A DNA stretch of 59,386 nucleotides from an uncultured Candidatus Saccharibacteria bacterium (GCA_964491805.1 CAZBGU010000002.1:9877-69262), one strand, 5' to 3'; shown: positions 35,365 to 46,587, counted from the first letter of the stretch. The notes: generated by a model from the sequence alone, not told the origin. Translations and numbers: made by a program.

Positions 35365-36036
35365 ATGAAAAAAGATATCGCAATTGATCCTGAGTGGAAG
35401 TCTGAACTCGGTGAATTTTTTGAGACTGAGATATTCGAGGAGCTCTCTTTGTTCGTTCGTAATGAATATCTTTCAAAAAAAATATTTCCAGAGCCAAAAA
35501 ATCTTTTTCGCGCGTTTTCACTAACACCCTTTTCGCATGTTAGGGTTGTTATTCTTGGACAGGACCCATATCATGACAACGGGCAAGCATGTGGACTTTG
35601 TTTTTCTGTTCCAGAAGGTGTCGTGGTACCTCCTTCACTTAAAAATATATACAAAGAAATAGAAAATGATTGCGGGATAGAGAAAGATATGTCTAACGGA
35701 GACCTTACACGATGGGGTACACAAGGTGTGCTTCTCTTAAATTCAATTCTAACAGTTGTTGCTCATACACCAGCTTCACATAGAGGAAAAGGCTGGGAAG
35801 AGTTTACCGATACGGTTATTAAGGCTATATCTGATAAACATGAACATGTTGTATTCTTGTTGTGGGGTAATTATGCAAGAGGTAAAAAAGCTCTCATTGA
35901 TACAAGTAAGCATTGTGTGCTTGAAGCTCCACATCCTTCACCATTTTCAGCTCATTCTGGTTTTTTTGGATGTAAACATTTTTCAAAGTGCAATGAATAT
36001 TTGATGACGTACGGGAAAGGAGAAATTGCGTGGTAG
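35365..36036 (+). CDS. ung: uracil-DNA glycosylase, family 1
   Basis: VVILGQDPYHDNGQACGLCFSV, GVLLLNSILTV and HPSPFSA motifs. Confidence 0.92.
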   Translation: MKKDIAIDPEWKSELGEFFETEIFEELSLFVRNEYLSKKIFPEPKNLFRAFSLTPFSHVRVVILGQDPYHDNGQACGLCFSVPEGVVVPPSLKNIYKEIENDCGIEKDMSNGDLTRWGTQGVLLLNSILTVVAHTPASHRGKGWEEFTDTVIKAISDKHEHVVFLLWGNYARGKKALIDTSKHCVLEAPHPSPFSAHSGFFGCKHFSKCNEYLMTYGKGEIAW

Positions 36037-36292
36037 TTTTTTAGATACATGTAGTAGACATCAGCCTGAATTTTAGGATTTTAGAAGTATGGTTAAGGAG
36101 TACGGGGTGTATACAGGGTAATTTGCAGCTTGTATTTGCAGTGCTTGCAATTAATGCTTATTTGGTAAGGAATTTGTGGTATTTTGTCACAAAATTACTT
36201 CTCATACGTTATATAGTGTACAGGGATGTATTGAGATATCTCTCATGCCCGACATGACCTTTAAATTTACGAAATACAATAATTACAATTAT

Positions 36293-37102
36293 ATGAAAAA
36301 GTTACTCATTCCAACAATGATTCTCGGTGCTGTTGTTTCTGCGTCATCAGTTTTTGCTGAGCCATATGACGATGTACGTCTGCCTGCTGCACCAGGTGTC
36401 GAATCAGTTTCTGCTGTTTCGGAAAAACCAGAAAAACTATTTACAAATTCGCTTGCACGTATAAAGATGCGTGGCCAACAACTTATCAAAGAAAGAATCA
36501 ACTCTCTTAATACAAATAAGACGGTTATTGAGTCATCAAAGACGTTAACTACTGAACAGAAAGCGACACTTACAGCGCTCATTGCCTCGAATGTTACAGG
36601 CTTAAGTACTTTAAGCGCTCAGATTGCATCATCAACTGACGCGACAAGCACGAAAGCTCTTGTTTCGTCCGTGTTCACTAATTTCAGAATTTATGGAGTT
36701 GTTATTCCTCAAGTTCGTCTAGAAAAGAGAATATTTGATCTTCAGAATCATACAACGAAACTCTCAGATACCTTTTTGAAGGTTCAGGCGAAGATTGACG
36801 AGTATAAAGGGAAGGGGAAAGATACAACAGTTTGGCAAAAGAGTCTCGACGATGCAAAAGTTATGGTTGCTCTCGACATGAATACACTTGCTGGACTCTC
36901 AACCAAAGTAATGGCTCTTAAGCCTGCTGATTATGGCACATCAAGTAAAATGATCATTGATTCTGTTAACGTTGATATTAAGAGTGTTGCAAAAGACTTT
37001 AACACTATTTCTAAAAATCTTCATAGACCAAAGGTTCTTAAAGATCGAAATAGTACAACTACTCCGACAGTTCACGGAGAAGCTTCTTCTACACAGCGAT
37101 AA
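36293..37102 (+). CDS. secreted helical protein, function unknown
   Basis: Signal peptide MKKLLIPTMILGAVVSASSVFA. I chose the ATG at 36293. Confidence 0.5.
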   Translation: MKKLLIPTMILGAVVSASSVFAEPYDDVRLPAAPGVESVSAVSEKPEKLFTNSLARIKMRGQQLIKERINSLNTNKTVIESSKTLTTEQKATLTALIASNVTGLSTLSAQIASSTDATSTKALVSSVFTNFRIYGVVIPQVRLEKRIFDLQNHTTKLSDTFLKVQAKIDEYKGKGKDTTVWQKSLDDAKVMVALDMNTLAGLSTKVMALKPADYGTSSKMIIDSVNVDIKSVAKDFNTISKNLHRPKVLKDRNSTTTPTVHGEASSTQR

Positions 37103-37130
37103 AGGTGGTACAATAAAATAGATATAGACA

Positions 37131-37159
37131 AAAAGTTGCCAAAAGTTTTGGCAACTTTT
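37131..37159. terminator. bidirectional terminator hairpin
   Basis: AAAAGTTGCC-(9 nt)-GGCAACTTTT between convergent genes. Confidence 0.6.
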
Positions 37160-37164
37160 TGTAA

Positions 37165-37788
37165 CTAGTGGGCAATAGTGAAACACTCTACTGAGGAAGC
37201 GCCTTTCTCTAATAAAACTTTTCTAGCCTCAAGCAGTGTTGCTCCTGTTGTAGTGACATCATCAACTAGAATGATATTCATCCCAGATATGTCACCGGTA
37301 ACATAGAATACTCCTTGTTGATTCTTGAGACGTTCTGCTCGGGAATGTGTTAGTACTTGCCGTTTTTGTTTTTTTCTTCTTGCGAGACTGGTGCAATCAA
37401 CTGGTATGTTTGCTTGCTTTGATATTGCTCGAGCAATTGCTTCTCCGTGGTTATATCCACGTATATATTTACGTAGCGTGGGCATTGGAATAGGTATAAG
37501 GAGAGGTTTGTTACGGTGCGTTATCGTTATTTCTTGTGACATGCTTTCGACAAGAGGTGCGATCAGGTCTTTTCTGTGGAAATATTTTATTGCATGTATT
37601 ATTTTTTTTATAACTGGGTCTTTAAATGAATAGAATGATGTAATTACAGGAGCAGGGGTATTACATGAAGGATCTCTTTCTCTCAGGCACACTGTACATA
37701 GTGCGCCACCTTCTTTTTTACACACATAACAAGTGCTAGGAAAAATAATATTTAGGAATACTGTTGTTATTTTTCGTATCATCCACAT
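37165..37788 (-). CDS. comF: ComF family protein (phosphoribosyltransferase domain, competence-associated)
   Basis: N-terminal CxxC...CxxC zinc finger and the C-terminal PRTase motif ILVDDVTTTGATL. Confidence 0.8.
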   Translation of the reverse strand: MWMIRKITTVFLNIIFPSTCYVCKKEGGALCTVCLRERDPSCNTPAPVITSFYSFKDPVIKKIIHAIKYFHRKDLIAPLVESMSQEITITHRNKPLLIPIPMPTLRKYIRGYNHGEAIARAISKQANIPVDCTSLARRKKQKRQVLTHSRAERLKNQQGVFYVTGDISGMNIILVDDVTTTGATLLEARKVLLEKGASSVECFTIAH

Positions 37789-37856
37789 ACTTATTAAGAG
37801 TGTATAAAGAAAAACATACGAAAGATAGTATATACTTAGTGTATATGTTGAACTTT

Positions 37857-38912
37857 ATGAGTAAAGAAGAGGTTGCTCAGGCGATAGGGCTTGATATTGG
37901 AACTTCTTCAGTAAAAGTTGTACAACTTCGCAAAGAAAAGAATCGTATTATTCTTGATACGTATGGTGAGGTTGCTCTTGGTCCATACGCCGGACTTAAG
38001 ATCGGGCAATCTGCACACTTAGGAGAAGAAAAACTCCTCGAAGCAATTAACGATCTATTCAAAGAAGCAAAAGTGACAGCAAGGAATACAGTAATTGCTA
38101 TTGATTCTTCAGGTGCATATGTTTCTCTTGTGCATGTTCCTAAAGTTTCTGATGAAGAGCTTAGAACGATGATGCCGATTGAGGCAAGAAAGTATATACC
38201 TATACCGCTTACGGATGTTCAGATGGACTGGTGGCATATTCCTCCTACGGTTAAATTTCAAGGAGATGATAAAGCAACAAGTGTAGTCCTTGCTGCGGTG
38301 AATAATTCTACATTATCTGCATACGACAGTTTGGTAAAGAAGCTCGAACTCAAAAGTGTTGAATATGAAATCCATGGCTATAGTCTTCTTCGAAGCTCTC
38401 CACCTCACACACATAAAATGGTTATGTATGTTGATATCGGCGCGCAAAATACAACCCTCTCACTTGTGTATCAGGGTATTGTACTTGATATGCATGTAAT
38501 AAGTCGTGGCTCTCAAGATAGTACTATGCAATTATCTCGTGCACTATCGGTCACTATCGACACCGCTGAAGAATCGAAGAGAGTTTTTGGATATAAGGGA
38601 GATGAGTCGAACCCATACCTTAAAGATATACTTGAACTTTCGAGTTATCCACTGTTTGGAGAGATCGCACGTCTATCACTAATGTACGAAAGAAAGTATA
38701 ATCAGACCATAGAGGGAATAATTTTGGCAGGTGGTGGTTCACGTATACCGGGCATGATAACAACATATAGTAAGACAGTTCACATCGCAGGAAGAATTGT
38801 TACACCGTTTGAACAAGTTGTTGTGCCAGAGTTTCTTTCAGAAATGATGGAACGTGTTGGACCTACATATGCAGTTGCACTTGGTTGCGCACTAAAAAAA
38901 TTAGTCTCTTAA
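37857..38912 (+). CDS. pilM: type IV pilus assembly protein PilM (actin-like ATPase fold)
   Basis: IGLDIGTSSVKVVQL ... VDIGAQNTTLS ... LAGGGSRIPG. The start is uncertain (37845 or 37857). Confidence 0.8.
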   Translation: MSKEEVAQAIGLDIGTSSVKVVQLRKEKNRIILDTYGEVALGPYAGLKIGQSAHLGEEKLLEAINDLFKEAKVTARNTVIAIDSSGAYVSLVHVPKVSDEELRTMMPIEARKYIPIPLTDVQMDWWHIPPTVKFQGDDKATSVVLAAVNNSTLSAYDSLVKKLELKSVEYEIHGYSLLRSSPPHTHKMVMYVDIGAQNTTLSLVYQGIVLDMHVISRGSQDSTMQLSRALSVTIDTAEESKRVFGYKGDESNPYLKDILELSSYPLFGEIARLSLMYERKYNQTIEGIILAGGGSRIPGMITTYSKTVHIAGRIVTPFEQVVVPEFLSEMMERVGPTYAVALGCALKKLVS

Positions 38913-38921
38913 ACCCTTTCT

Positions 38922-39626
38922 ATGGCTTTTTCATTTAATCCAACACAAACTCCAGGATCGCTTCCTCAGTCGGGTGGGCCACAGATCAATATCCAGTCCC
39001 CTGGTGGTTCTACACAGGATGCTCCACCGTCTATTCCAGACTCGCCGTTTCTTTTTATGAGGAATCGTGATAAGGAAATGACCATCAATGCGTATCTCCA
39101 ACTTCTTCTTATGTTGATTGCGGCTCTCTCTGCGGTCACAGCGATTGTTATTTTCGTTTATGCACAGTATCTGTCGATGCAGGCAGATAGCAAGAAGGCA
39201 GAATTAACTCGTAGAGAGGCGACGTTTAAGTCATATCCATTCGATGACATGAAATCATTGTCTGATCGCTTCATAGCATTAGATAAAATTCTTAAAGGAT
39301 ATATATCGAGTAGGTCACCGCTCAATTTTCTTGAAAGAGTTGTTGAGAAGCAGGTCTTCTTTAATGATTTTAGTTTTACTAACAACGAAAAAGGTGGAAT
39401 GATCAGTTTTACTATAGTAACAGGAAGCCAGAAGGCGCTCATACAGCAGTTAGACTCTCTTAATCTAAAAAAATATAGTACAGTCGTCCCAAATCCTAAA
39501 ATGGACAGCTTTAGCGACACCGGTACTTTTTTCAAAGCAAAAGTTTCTGCACCGGTACTCGTTCAGGGGATTCTCTCTGATGAAGTTTTGTTGATTCTTG
39601 ATTCTAGTAGCACTAAACCACAGTAA
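38922..39626 (+). CDS. PilN-like bitopic pilus assembly protein (tentative)
   Basis: Single TM helix after a low-complexity N-terminus. Positioned right after pilM. Confidence 0.45.
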   Translation: MAFSFNPTQTPGSLPQSGGPQINIQSPGGSTQDAPPSIPDSPFLFMRNRDKEMTINAYLQLLLMLIAALSAVTAIVIFVYAQYLSMQADSKKAELTRREATFKSYPFDDMKSLSDRFIALDKILKGYISSRSPLNFLERVVEKQVFFNDFSFTNNEKGGMISFTIVTGSQKALIQQLDSLNLKKYSTVVPNPKMDSFSDTGTFFKAKVSAPVLVQGILSDEVLLILDSSSTKPQ

Positions 39627-39637
39627 CGTAACTAACT

Positions 39638-40219
39638 ATGTCACCAAAACTTCTTAATTTACTCCTCGTCATACTACCTTTCGTTCTCTATTATGGGTAC
39701 ATTGATCCTATGTATAATGGTACACCTGGGTTGGCGTGGACATTTGAAAATACAATACCAGTTCTTAAGGCAAAAAATGTACAATATGAAAACTCGATAG
39801 GCCAAATCGATCTAATCCAGAGATCTGCAGACAATCTTAATAAGGATTACAAGGCAATAGATCCAAAAGTTATCGAGAAGCTCAACACCCTTTTGCCTTC
39901 CTCTGTTGATCCGATAAAATTGCGGAATGATGTAGTCTCTATTGCAGCTAAGTCAGGGGTTGCGATTACTAATCTTGTGGTCGAGCTTGATCCTAGAGAT
40001 CAGAATGTGTATAAAATCAACTTTAATATCAAAGCAAGGTACTCACTTTTTAAGATGTTTATGGCAGATTATGAAAAGAGTACAAGGATGTTTGTATTGA
40101 CTGGAATGAGAATTTCCAGAATTGAGGCCTCGGGTGTAAATGATAAAGATGTGCAAAATGATATCTCTGCAGACAAGCTCAATATTTCAGTTTCATCGAA
40201 AGTATATTTTAAGAAATAG
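39638..40219 (+). CDS. PilO-like bitopic pilus assembly protein (tentative)
   Basis: N-terminal TM helix. Third gene of the pilMNO-type row. Confidence 0.45.
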   Translation: MSPKLLNLLLVILPFVLYYGYIDPMYNGTPGLAWTFENTIPVLKAKNVQYENSIGQIDLIQRSADNLNKDYKAIDPKVIEKLNTLLPSSVDPIKLRNDVVSIAAKSGVAITNLVVELDPRDQNVYKINFNIKARYSLFKMFMADYEKSTRMFVLTGMRISRIEASGVNDKDVQNDISADKLNISVSSKVYFKK

Positions 40220-40226
40220 TACAAAT

Positions 40227-40571
40227 ATGCAAATTAATCTTTCAAAATTCGTTGGAGTTCTTACGGGGATAACAGCAGTTGGGCTGCTTGGTTTTTTTGG
40301 GTATTTTATGTATCTGCTTTTTTTTGTTGGACCTGAACCTGAGGCAGTTCCTTCTGTTGAAGCAATAAACCCTAGTTCATTTGGTGACAAGTTGCAAAAA
40401 GCAGCTGTTGCTGCAAAAAATAAAAATATTTACTTAAGTAAGACAGGTAAAATAAATATTTCTTACACCGATCAGCCACTTTTTAATTCATTCACTGAAG
40501 TCCCAGATCCTGTGCCGCTTACTGACACACGAGGACGAGATGATCCTTTTGTTCCGTATGTTGCTCCTTGA
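40227..40571 (+). CDS. small bitopic protein with a C-terminal RDDPF motif (PilP-like, tentative)
   Basis: TM helix and C-terminal GRDDPFVPY. I chose the ATG at 40227. Confidence 0.4.
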   Translation: MQINLSKFVGVLTGITAVGLLGFFGYFMYLLFFVGPEPEAVPSVEAINPSSFGDKLQKAAVAAKNKNIYLSKTGKINISYTDQPLFNSFTEVPDPVPLTDTRGRDDPFVPYVAP

Positions 40572-42318
40572 TCTATTCGTCAGTCAAAATAAATTAACCG
40601 AAATCGAAGCGAAAGAAATCGATGTTGCTATCTCTTCTACAGAAGGGCTTCTTGTTGATGATTTGCTATCAAAAAAAGGTATAACAAGTGAAGAAATAAC
40701 GGAGGTTCGTAGTACATTACATGGTTTGCCGATCTATCGACAAGATATTGCGGACGATAAGGAATTAACTAAATATATCAATATTGTTCAATCAAAGCAG
40801 TTTCTTGCAATCCCGCTTGAAGTGAGGGAAGAGGTGCTTCTTGTTGGGGTGGTTGACCCAGAACATGGGAATGTGTTATCGAGTTTGCAGTTCCTCTTCG
40901 GTGCTGATCACTTAGCATATAAGGTGTATCTCATTTCGTATGACGCCTTTAAGAAGCACTTTGGAATTGCATCTGCGAGTGATATTCCGGATGAGAAGGC
41001 TAGTGTTACAGATAAGGTTGATAATGAGGTGCTGGCATACGTTGGTAAGGATGACGAAGATAGACTCGATAAGGAAGAGGATGAAGATGAAGGTGAGATA
41101 GACCTCGAGAATAACTCTGGAATACTGGATAAAAATCTTGCAAAGCTACCGATACCAGAAATTTTCAGTACGATACTGCGTTATGCAATTGATAATACTG
41201 CCAGTGATATACATATTGAACACGTCGGTTTGAGTGTACGTACACGCGTGCGTCTTGATGGTAGACTTGAACAGATTGCAGCGCTTCCTATAAAACTGCA
41301 TCCGATGATTATTGCTCGTGTGAAGATTCTGTGCGGTATGAAGCTTGACGAGAAACGAAAGCCACAAGATGGACGTTTTAGTACAAAATTCGGAGACCGA
41401 AAGATTGATTACCGTGTATCATCATTCCCAGGATATTATGGTGAAAAGATCGTGATCCGTATTCTCGATAGTATAAAAGGTGTAAAACTTCTTGATGATC
41501 TTGGTTTTTCTGAATTACAGATGAAGCACGTTCGTGGAGCGCTTGGTGCGCCGTACGGCATGGTTCTTATTTCTGGACCTACTGGTTCTGGAAAGACCAC
41601 AACGCTATATTCTATGTTGAATGAAATCGACCGTGATCACAAGAACGTTGTATCACTTGAAGACCCTGTAGAATACAATGTCGGTGGGATGAACCAGTCT
41701 CAAGTATTCCCAGATATTGGATACACGTTTGCGTCAGGTCTTAGATCGATTCTTCGTCAGGACCCAGATGTAATCATGGTGGGAGAAATTCGTGACGGTG
41801 AGACTGCACAGCTTGCAATACAAGCAGCCTTAACAGGTCACTTGGTGTTTTCTACAATCCACACCAACACGTCTGTTGGTGTAATCACCCGTTTGCTTGA
41901 TATGGGTATCGAGTCATACCTTATCGCACCTGTGTTAATTGCAGCACTAGGTCAAAGACTATCGCGACAAATTGCTGACGGTTGTGGTGAAAAAATGGAA
42001 ATGACACCTTCATTAAGGGAGATGGTTGAGGCACAGTTTGCCGATTTACCTCCACAATATAAAAGCGCATTTAAAACAGATAGACCTTTTTATGAAGCGA
42101 AGCCGTCAACCCAGTATCCAACAGGTATGAAGGGGCGTATGCCTGTTTTTGAAGTGCTAAATATTACTGATGAGATTGAGGAGGCGATACTGCGTGGTAA
42201 AGGTGAGGAAGAAATACATAGACTTGCTCGGTTGGACGGAATGGTCACAATTAAAGAGGATGCCATGCTTAAATGTATGGACGGTAAAATACCATTTATT
42301 GAACTTGCAGAATTGTAG
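40558..42318 (+). CDS. pilB: type IV pilus assembly ATPase PilB (GspE family)
   Basis: Walker A GPTGSGKTTTLYS, Asp box, Walker B IMVGEIRD and His box. Start 40540 or 40558. Confidence 0.9.
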   Translation: MLLLDLFVSQNKLTEIEAKEIDVAISSTEGLLVDDLLSKKGITSEEITEVRSTLHGLPIYRQDIADDKELTKYINIVQSKQFLAIPLEVREEVLLVGVVDPEHGNVLSSLQFLFGADHLAYKVYLISYDAFKKHFGIASASDIPDEKASVTDKVDNEVLAYVGKDDEDRLDKEEDEDEGEIDLENNSGILDKNLAKLPIPEIFSTILRYAIDNTASDIHIEHVGLSVRTRVRLDGRLEQIAALPIKLHPMIIARVKILCGMKLDEKRKPQDGRFSTKFGDRKIDYRVSSFPGYYGEKIVIRILDSIKGVKLLDDLGFSELQMKHVRGALGAPYGMVLISGPTGSGKTTTLYSMLNEIDRDHKNVVSLEDPVEYNVGGMNQSQVFPDIGYTFASGLRSILRQDPDVIMVGEIRDGETAQLAIQAALTGHLVFSTIHTNTSVGVITRLLDMGIESYLIAPVLIAALGQRLSRQIADGCGEKMEMTPSLREMVEAQFADLPPQYKSAFKTDRPFYEAKPSTQYPTGMKGRMPVFEVLNITDEIEEAILRGKGEEEIHRLARLDGMVTIKEDAMLKCMDGKIPFIELAEL

Positions 42319-42575
42319 TAACAGAGTGCGTGCTATATAAGATTGTAAAATTATTTTTTTAAAATCTATTTTCAGACCAACGGTACTATCGATGTTATAT
42401 ATTAGTCGCTTTACGTTTGGTATACGGTATGCGTTTTATGTATCAAGCAGACCTAATACTTTGCGGTTTACTTTTTACACAGCAATGGATGTTCCTGTGA
42501 GTTATACAATTGTGGTTTATAAGTTCCTTGTTATACTTTCGTTAGCTACACGTTAACGACTGCTAGCTGTCTATT

Positions 42576-43634
42576 ATGAACTACGAAACAGAACTCGATG
42601 ACCTTGTTATGACACTTGTGAAAGAAGGTGGCTCAGACCTTCATTTTACTGTTGGGCATTTTCCTACACTTCGCGTCAATAGGGAACTTATTCCTCTTAC
42701 AAGAAAAAAAGAGATGACAGGAGAAGACACTCTTGGTTTTCTTCATCAGATGATCGGAGAAAAAGCATTGACAAACTTTGTTGTTAAGCAGGAGCTTGAT
42801 TTTTCATACACCCACCGCAAGGAGTACCGTCTTCGAGGTAATGCATCTTTCCAGCGCGGGGTCATATCTGTTGCACTTAGACTTATTCCACGAGTTAAAT
42901 CTATTACAGAGCTCGGTCTTCCAGAACAATTGATCTCTGTTTCTCGAGAAAGACAGGGCTTCTTCTTGGTTGTCGGGTCAGTTGGGCAAGGTAAATCAAC
43001 AACTCTCGCAGCTATTGTTGCACAAATTAACAGCGAATCCAGACGTCATGTGCTCACCATTGAGGATCCTGTTGAGTTTCAGTTTGCACAAGATAAGTCA
43101 TTGATAGAGCAACGTGAAGTTGGTATTGATACGGGTGATTTTAACAGCGGTCTTGTACATTCATTACGACAGGATGTGGACGTCATTATGGTTGGAGAAA
43201 TGTCAGACCGTCAAACTATGGCGACAGCTGTCACTGCCGCCGAGACAGGACACCTTGTACTATCTACTCTACACAGTAACTCTGCCGCACAAGCAGTTGA
43301 TCGTATTATCGATTCATTTCCTGCTGATCAGCAGAATCAGATACGGTTACAGCTTTCTTCAACACTAATTGGTATTCTTTCTCAGCGGCTACTTCCTTCA
43401 AAAGCAGGAGGTCTTGTTCCTGCATTTGAGTTGCTTCTTAACACTGGTGCGGTCGCCAACTTGATTCGAGAAAATCGTACACACGAACTCGACACCATCA
43501 TTGAAACTGGATCAAAAGACGGCATGATTGATCTCGATAGGTACCTAGCGGATCTTGTCCGACGTGATATTGTAGCTGTCGACGTTGCATATAGCTTTGT
43601 AAGAAGGAGGGGGCTTTTTGATAGATTACTTTAA
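42576..43634 (+). CDS. pilT: twitching-motility retraction ATPase PilT
   Basis: 352 aa. GSVGQGKSTTLAAIV, IMVGEMSD, GHLVLSTLHSNSA and a motif of the AxxxIRE type (VANLIRENR). Confidence 0.9.
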   Translation: MNYETELDDLVMTLVKEGGSDLHFTVGHFPTLRVNRELIPLTRKKEMTGEDTLGFLHQMIGEKALTNFVVKQELDFSYTHRKEYRLRGNASFQRGVISVALRLIPRVKSITELGLPEQLISVSRERQGFFLVVGSVGQGKSTTLAAIVAQINSESRRHVLTIEDPVEFQFAQDKSLIEQREVGIDTGDFNSGLVHSLRQDVDVIMVGEMSDRQTMATAVTAAETGHLVLSTLHSNSAAQAVDRIIDSFPADQQNQIRLQLSSTLIGILSQRLLPSKAGGLVPAFELLLNTGAVANLIRENRTHELDTIIETGSKDGMIDLDRYLADLVRRDIVAVDVAYSFVRRRGLFDRLL

Positions 43635-43649
43635 TAATTTTATTTTTAT

Positions 43650-44870
43650 ATGATCTTTCACTATACCTGGCTAAATAATAATGGCAACAAAGAGGAGGGA
43701 GAGTTAGACGCAACGTCTCTTGATAATGCTATTGTTATTTTGCAGAAAAAGGGTATTACAACAATACTTGAGGTTACTGAAAAGGTCGACAGGCAGAACA
43801 ATGTACTTGCAGCAACCAGTTCTCTCTTTAAGCAAAAAATTAAGCCAAAAGATATCGTGCTTTTTTCAAGGCAGGTATCAACTCTGTTTGAAGCAGGTGT
43901 TTCTGCTCTTCGTGCATTCAGACTTCTTGCGCAAGAAAACGAAAATAAGACCTTGCAAGAACAGATCATGGGTGTAGCGGATGATATTGAGACAGGTATA
44001 TCACTTTCGGATGCTCTTTCTCGAAAACCAGAACTTTTTTCTAATTTTTATGTCAACATGGTCAAGGCTGGAGAAGAATCCGGAAAGTTGAATGAGGTGT
44101 TCTTGTTCTTAGCGGATTATCTTGATAGAAACTATGAGCTTAATCAGAAGATTAAAAAAGCTCTTACCTACCCAAGTTTTGTTATCGGCACCTTCATTCT
44201 CATTATGGTTGGAATGCTTACCTTTGTGGTTCCTAAAATGGCAAAGATGTTTGCGGAAGAAGGAGCTGTTCTTCCTCTTGTGACGAGAATTGTGCTTTTT
44301 ATATCTGATCTCTTTGTTAAGTATGGCCCAATTACATTTCCGATACTCGGCATAGCTTGGTTTTTCTTTTATAGATGGACAAAAACAGAAGAGGGTGGTT
44401 TTATTGTTGACACGTATATGCTTGAGGTTCCAGTGCTTAAGAATGTTGTTCAGAAAATTTTTTTGCAAAGACTATCTGATAACATGAACACAATGCTCGC
44501 TAACGGTGTTCCTATTGTTAAGTCTATTGATATTACAACCTCTATTCTTGATAATAGAGTTTACAAAAAGTTGATGGCACGAGTTTCTGAAAAAGTACAG
44601 ACAGGTAAATCTTTCTCAAAAGCTCTCTACGAGGAACCTCTTGTACCAAACATTCTCGTGCAAATGGTGCATATTGGAGAAGAGACTGGTGAGCTTGCGT
44701 ATATTCTCAAAAATCTAGCATCGTTTTACCGTCGCGAACTAGATACTGCTATCGATAGTATGATCGGTCTTATTGAGCCTGCCATGATCGTGAGTCTCGG
44801 TATCGGTGTTGGTGTGCTTGTGTCTGCTATTCTCTTACCAATGTACTCACTGTCAGATGCGATCAAGTAA
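43650..44870 (+). CDS. pilC: type IV pilus platform protein PilC (GspF family)
   Basis: 406 aa with two GspF repeats, each carrying 3 TM segments. Confidence 0.9.
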   Translation: MIFHYTWLNNNGNKEEGELDATSLDNAIVILQKKGITTILEVTEKVDRQNNVLAATSSLFKQKIKPKDIVLFSRQVSTLFEAGVSALRAFRLLAQENENKTLQEQIMGVADDIETGISLSDALSRKPELFSNFYVNMVKAGEESGKLNEVFLFLADYLDRNYELNQKIKKALTYPSFVIGTFILIMVGMLTFVVPKMAKMFAEEGAVLPLVTRIVLFISDLFVKYGPITFPILGIAWFFFYRWTKTEEGGFIVDTYMLEVPVLKNVVQKIFLQRLSDNMNTMLANGVPIVKSIDITTSILDNRVYKKLMARVSEKVQTGKSFSKALYEEPLVPNILVQMVHIGEETGELAYILKNLASFYRRELDTAIDSMIGLIEPAMIVSLGIGVGVLVSAILLPMYSLSDAIK

Positions 44871-45093
44871 GGGGTCGAGATTTAAGGTTTTAAGGTGATG
44901 TAGAGTACTGAAATGTCCGAAACCACAAAATACCAAACCTCTTGGGTTTGGTATTTTATTTTGCGGGTGGAGTGGTTCTAATATCTAATTATCATACACT
45001 CTTTAGTTATCCACACTATTTTATCTGTATACTTGTGTATTTAATATGGAAAGGTATATACTTTAGATTATCTACAAAAGATAGAAAAAAATT

Positions 45094-45774
45094 ATGTCAA
45101 ACACATTTAAAAAATCAAGTGCAGGTGTACGTGGATTCACTCTTATCGAGCTTCTCGTGGTGATTGCTATTATCGGTTTGCTTTCTACTATTATTGCTGC
45201 TCCTATCCAGAGCGCTCGTAAGAAGGCTCGTGATGCGAAGAAGATTGCTGAACTCAAGTCAACACAGCTTGCATTTGAACAGTATGCTGAGTCTAATTCA
45301 GCGCAGTATCCTCACACACTTCAGGCACTTTCTCCACAGTTTATGCCACTTTTGCCGACGTTTGCTGCTTCAACTACATCAAATGCTCGTGATGCTTTCG
45401 TTTATACATACTATGATGCTTCTGCAAGTGGTGCAGCAACAACAACGTTTTCTTATCATTTTGGAGTGAAGCTCGAAGTATATGGACCAGCACTTGAAAC
45501 TGACAGAGATTGCTCTGCTGCTACGCTTTCTAATTCGCTATCGGTTCCATTCTGTGCAGTGTATAATGGAGATGCTATGTATGGTGTCTTTGTTGATACA
45601 GGTTCTCAAATTGCAGCAACGTCTTCATTTTCGGTCCTTAATACTGGAGGTACTGATTTTAACATGAGGTGGTACGCTAATCCTCCTTTTGGTCTATCAA
45701 ATTATACTGAAGAATCAAGTAGTACCTGTGTTGTCTCAAATGACTGTATCTTCGATGTAACATCACAGCAATAG
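45094..45774 (+). CDS. type IV pilin (major pilin candidate)
   Basis: Class III signal ...GVRG/FTLIELLVVIAIIGLL. Confidence 0.85.
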   Translation: MSNTFKKSSAGVRGFTLIELLVVIAIIGLLSTIIAAPIQSARKKARDAKKIAELKSTQLAFEQYAESNSAQYPHTLQALSPQFMPLLPTFAASTTSNARDAFVYTYYDASASGAATTTFSYHFGVKLEVYGPALETDRDCSAATLSNSLSVPFCAVYNGDAMYGVFVDTGSQIAATSSFSVLNTGGTDFNMRWYANPPFGLSNYTEESSSTCVVSNDCIFDVTSQQ

Positions 45775-45795
45775 TCTAGGTAAGTTTTCTTAAAT

Positions 45796-46572
45796 GTGTT
45801 GTCTATCTTATCCTTCATCTTTGGTGCATCAATAGGAAGTTTCGTACAAGTTATTGCTTCGCGACTTCATGTTGCACCAATTATGAAAGGGCGTAGTAAG
45901 TGCCTCTCTTGCGGAGAGGCACTTCGCGCGTCTGACCTTATCCCCGTTATCTCCTATCTTTGGTTAAGGGGTAAGTGTCGCCACTGCAAAAGTGTCTATG
46001 GGGTATCCGCATTGGTTGTCGAAGTATTATTTGGTGTTACATTCGTGGTCTTGTATCAGCTAATTATAAAGGATCAAGTTTCATTGCTTGTTAGTTTGTT
46101 ATGGCTTGTGTACTACACATTGCTATTTGGAACACTCGGCGTTATGGCTCTTTATGATAGAGCTCATTCGTACATACCTTCTATGTTTCTCTATGGGTAT
46201 CTAGCGCTTACCGCTATTATGTACTGTATGAGAATTGCTAATGACCCTCATGTGCTGACAATGATCTCGCCTGTGTTTGTTGCTGTGCCGTTTTTATTAG
46301 TGTGGCTCATCACAAGGGGTAGAGGTCTTGGTTTTGGTGACGTTATTTTGTTCTTCGGTGTTGGTATGTTCTTCGACTCTTTGCAAGGGCTTGCTGTGCT
46401 CATGGTCTCTGTATGGTTAGGTGCTATAGTGGGTATCTATATTAAGTATATTTCTAGACAAAGGCTTTCTGATACTACAGCGATACCATTTGTGCCATTT
46501 ATTGTTATTGGATTTCTCATTGTGTTGTTCACAGATATGGATATATTTTCGATCGCAATGTCGTTTTCATAG
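45796..46572 (+). CDS. pilD: prepilin peptidase (A24 family)
   Basis: CLSCGEAL...GKCRHC zinc motif and the GFGDVILF catalytic Asp motif. Confidence 0.88.
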   Translation: MLSILSFIFGASIGSFVQVIASRLHVAPIMKGRSKCLSCGEALRASDLIPVISYLWLRGKCRHCKSVYGVSALVVEVLFGVTFVVLYQLIIKDQVSLLVSLLWLVYYTLLFGTLGVMALYDRAHSYIPSMFLYGYLALTAIMYCMRIANDPHVLTMISPVFVAVPFLLVWLITRGRGLGFGDVILFFGVGMFFDSLQGLAVLMVSVWLGAIVGIYIKYISRQRLSDTTAIPFVPFIVIGFLIVLFTDMDIFSIAMSFS

Positions 46573-46587
46573 TGCTACTATGTATAT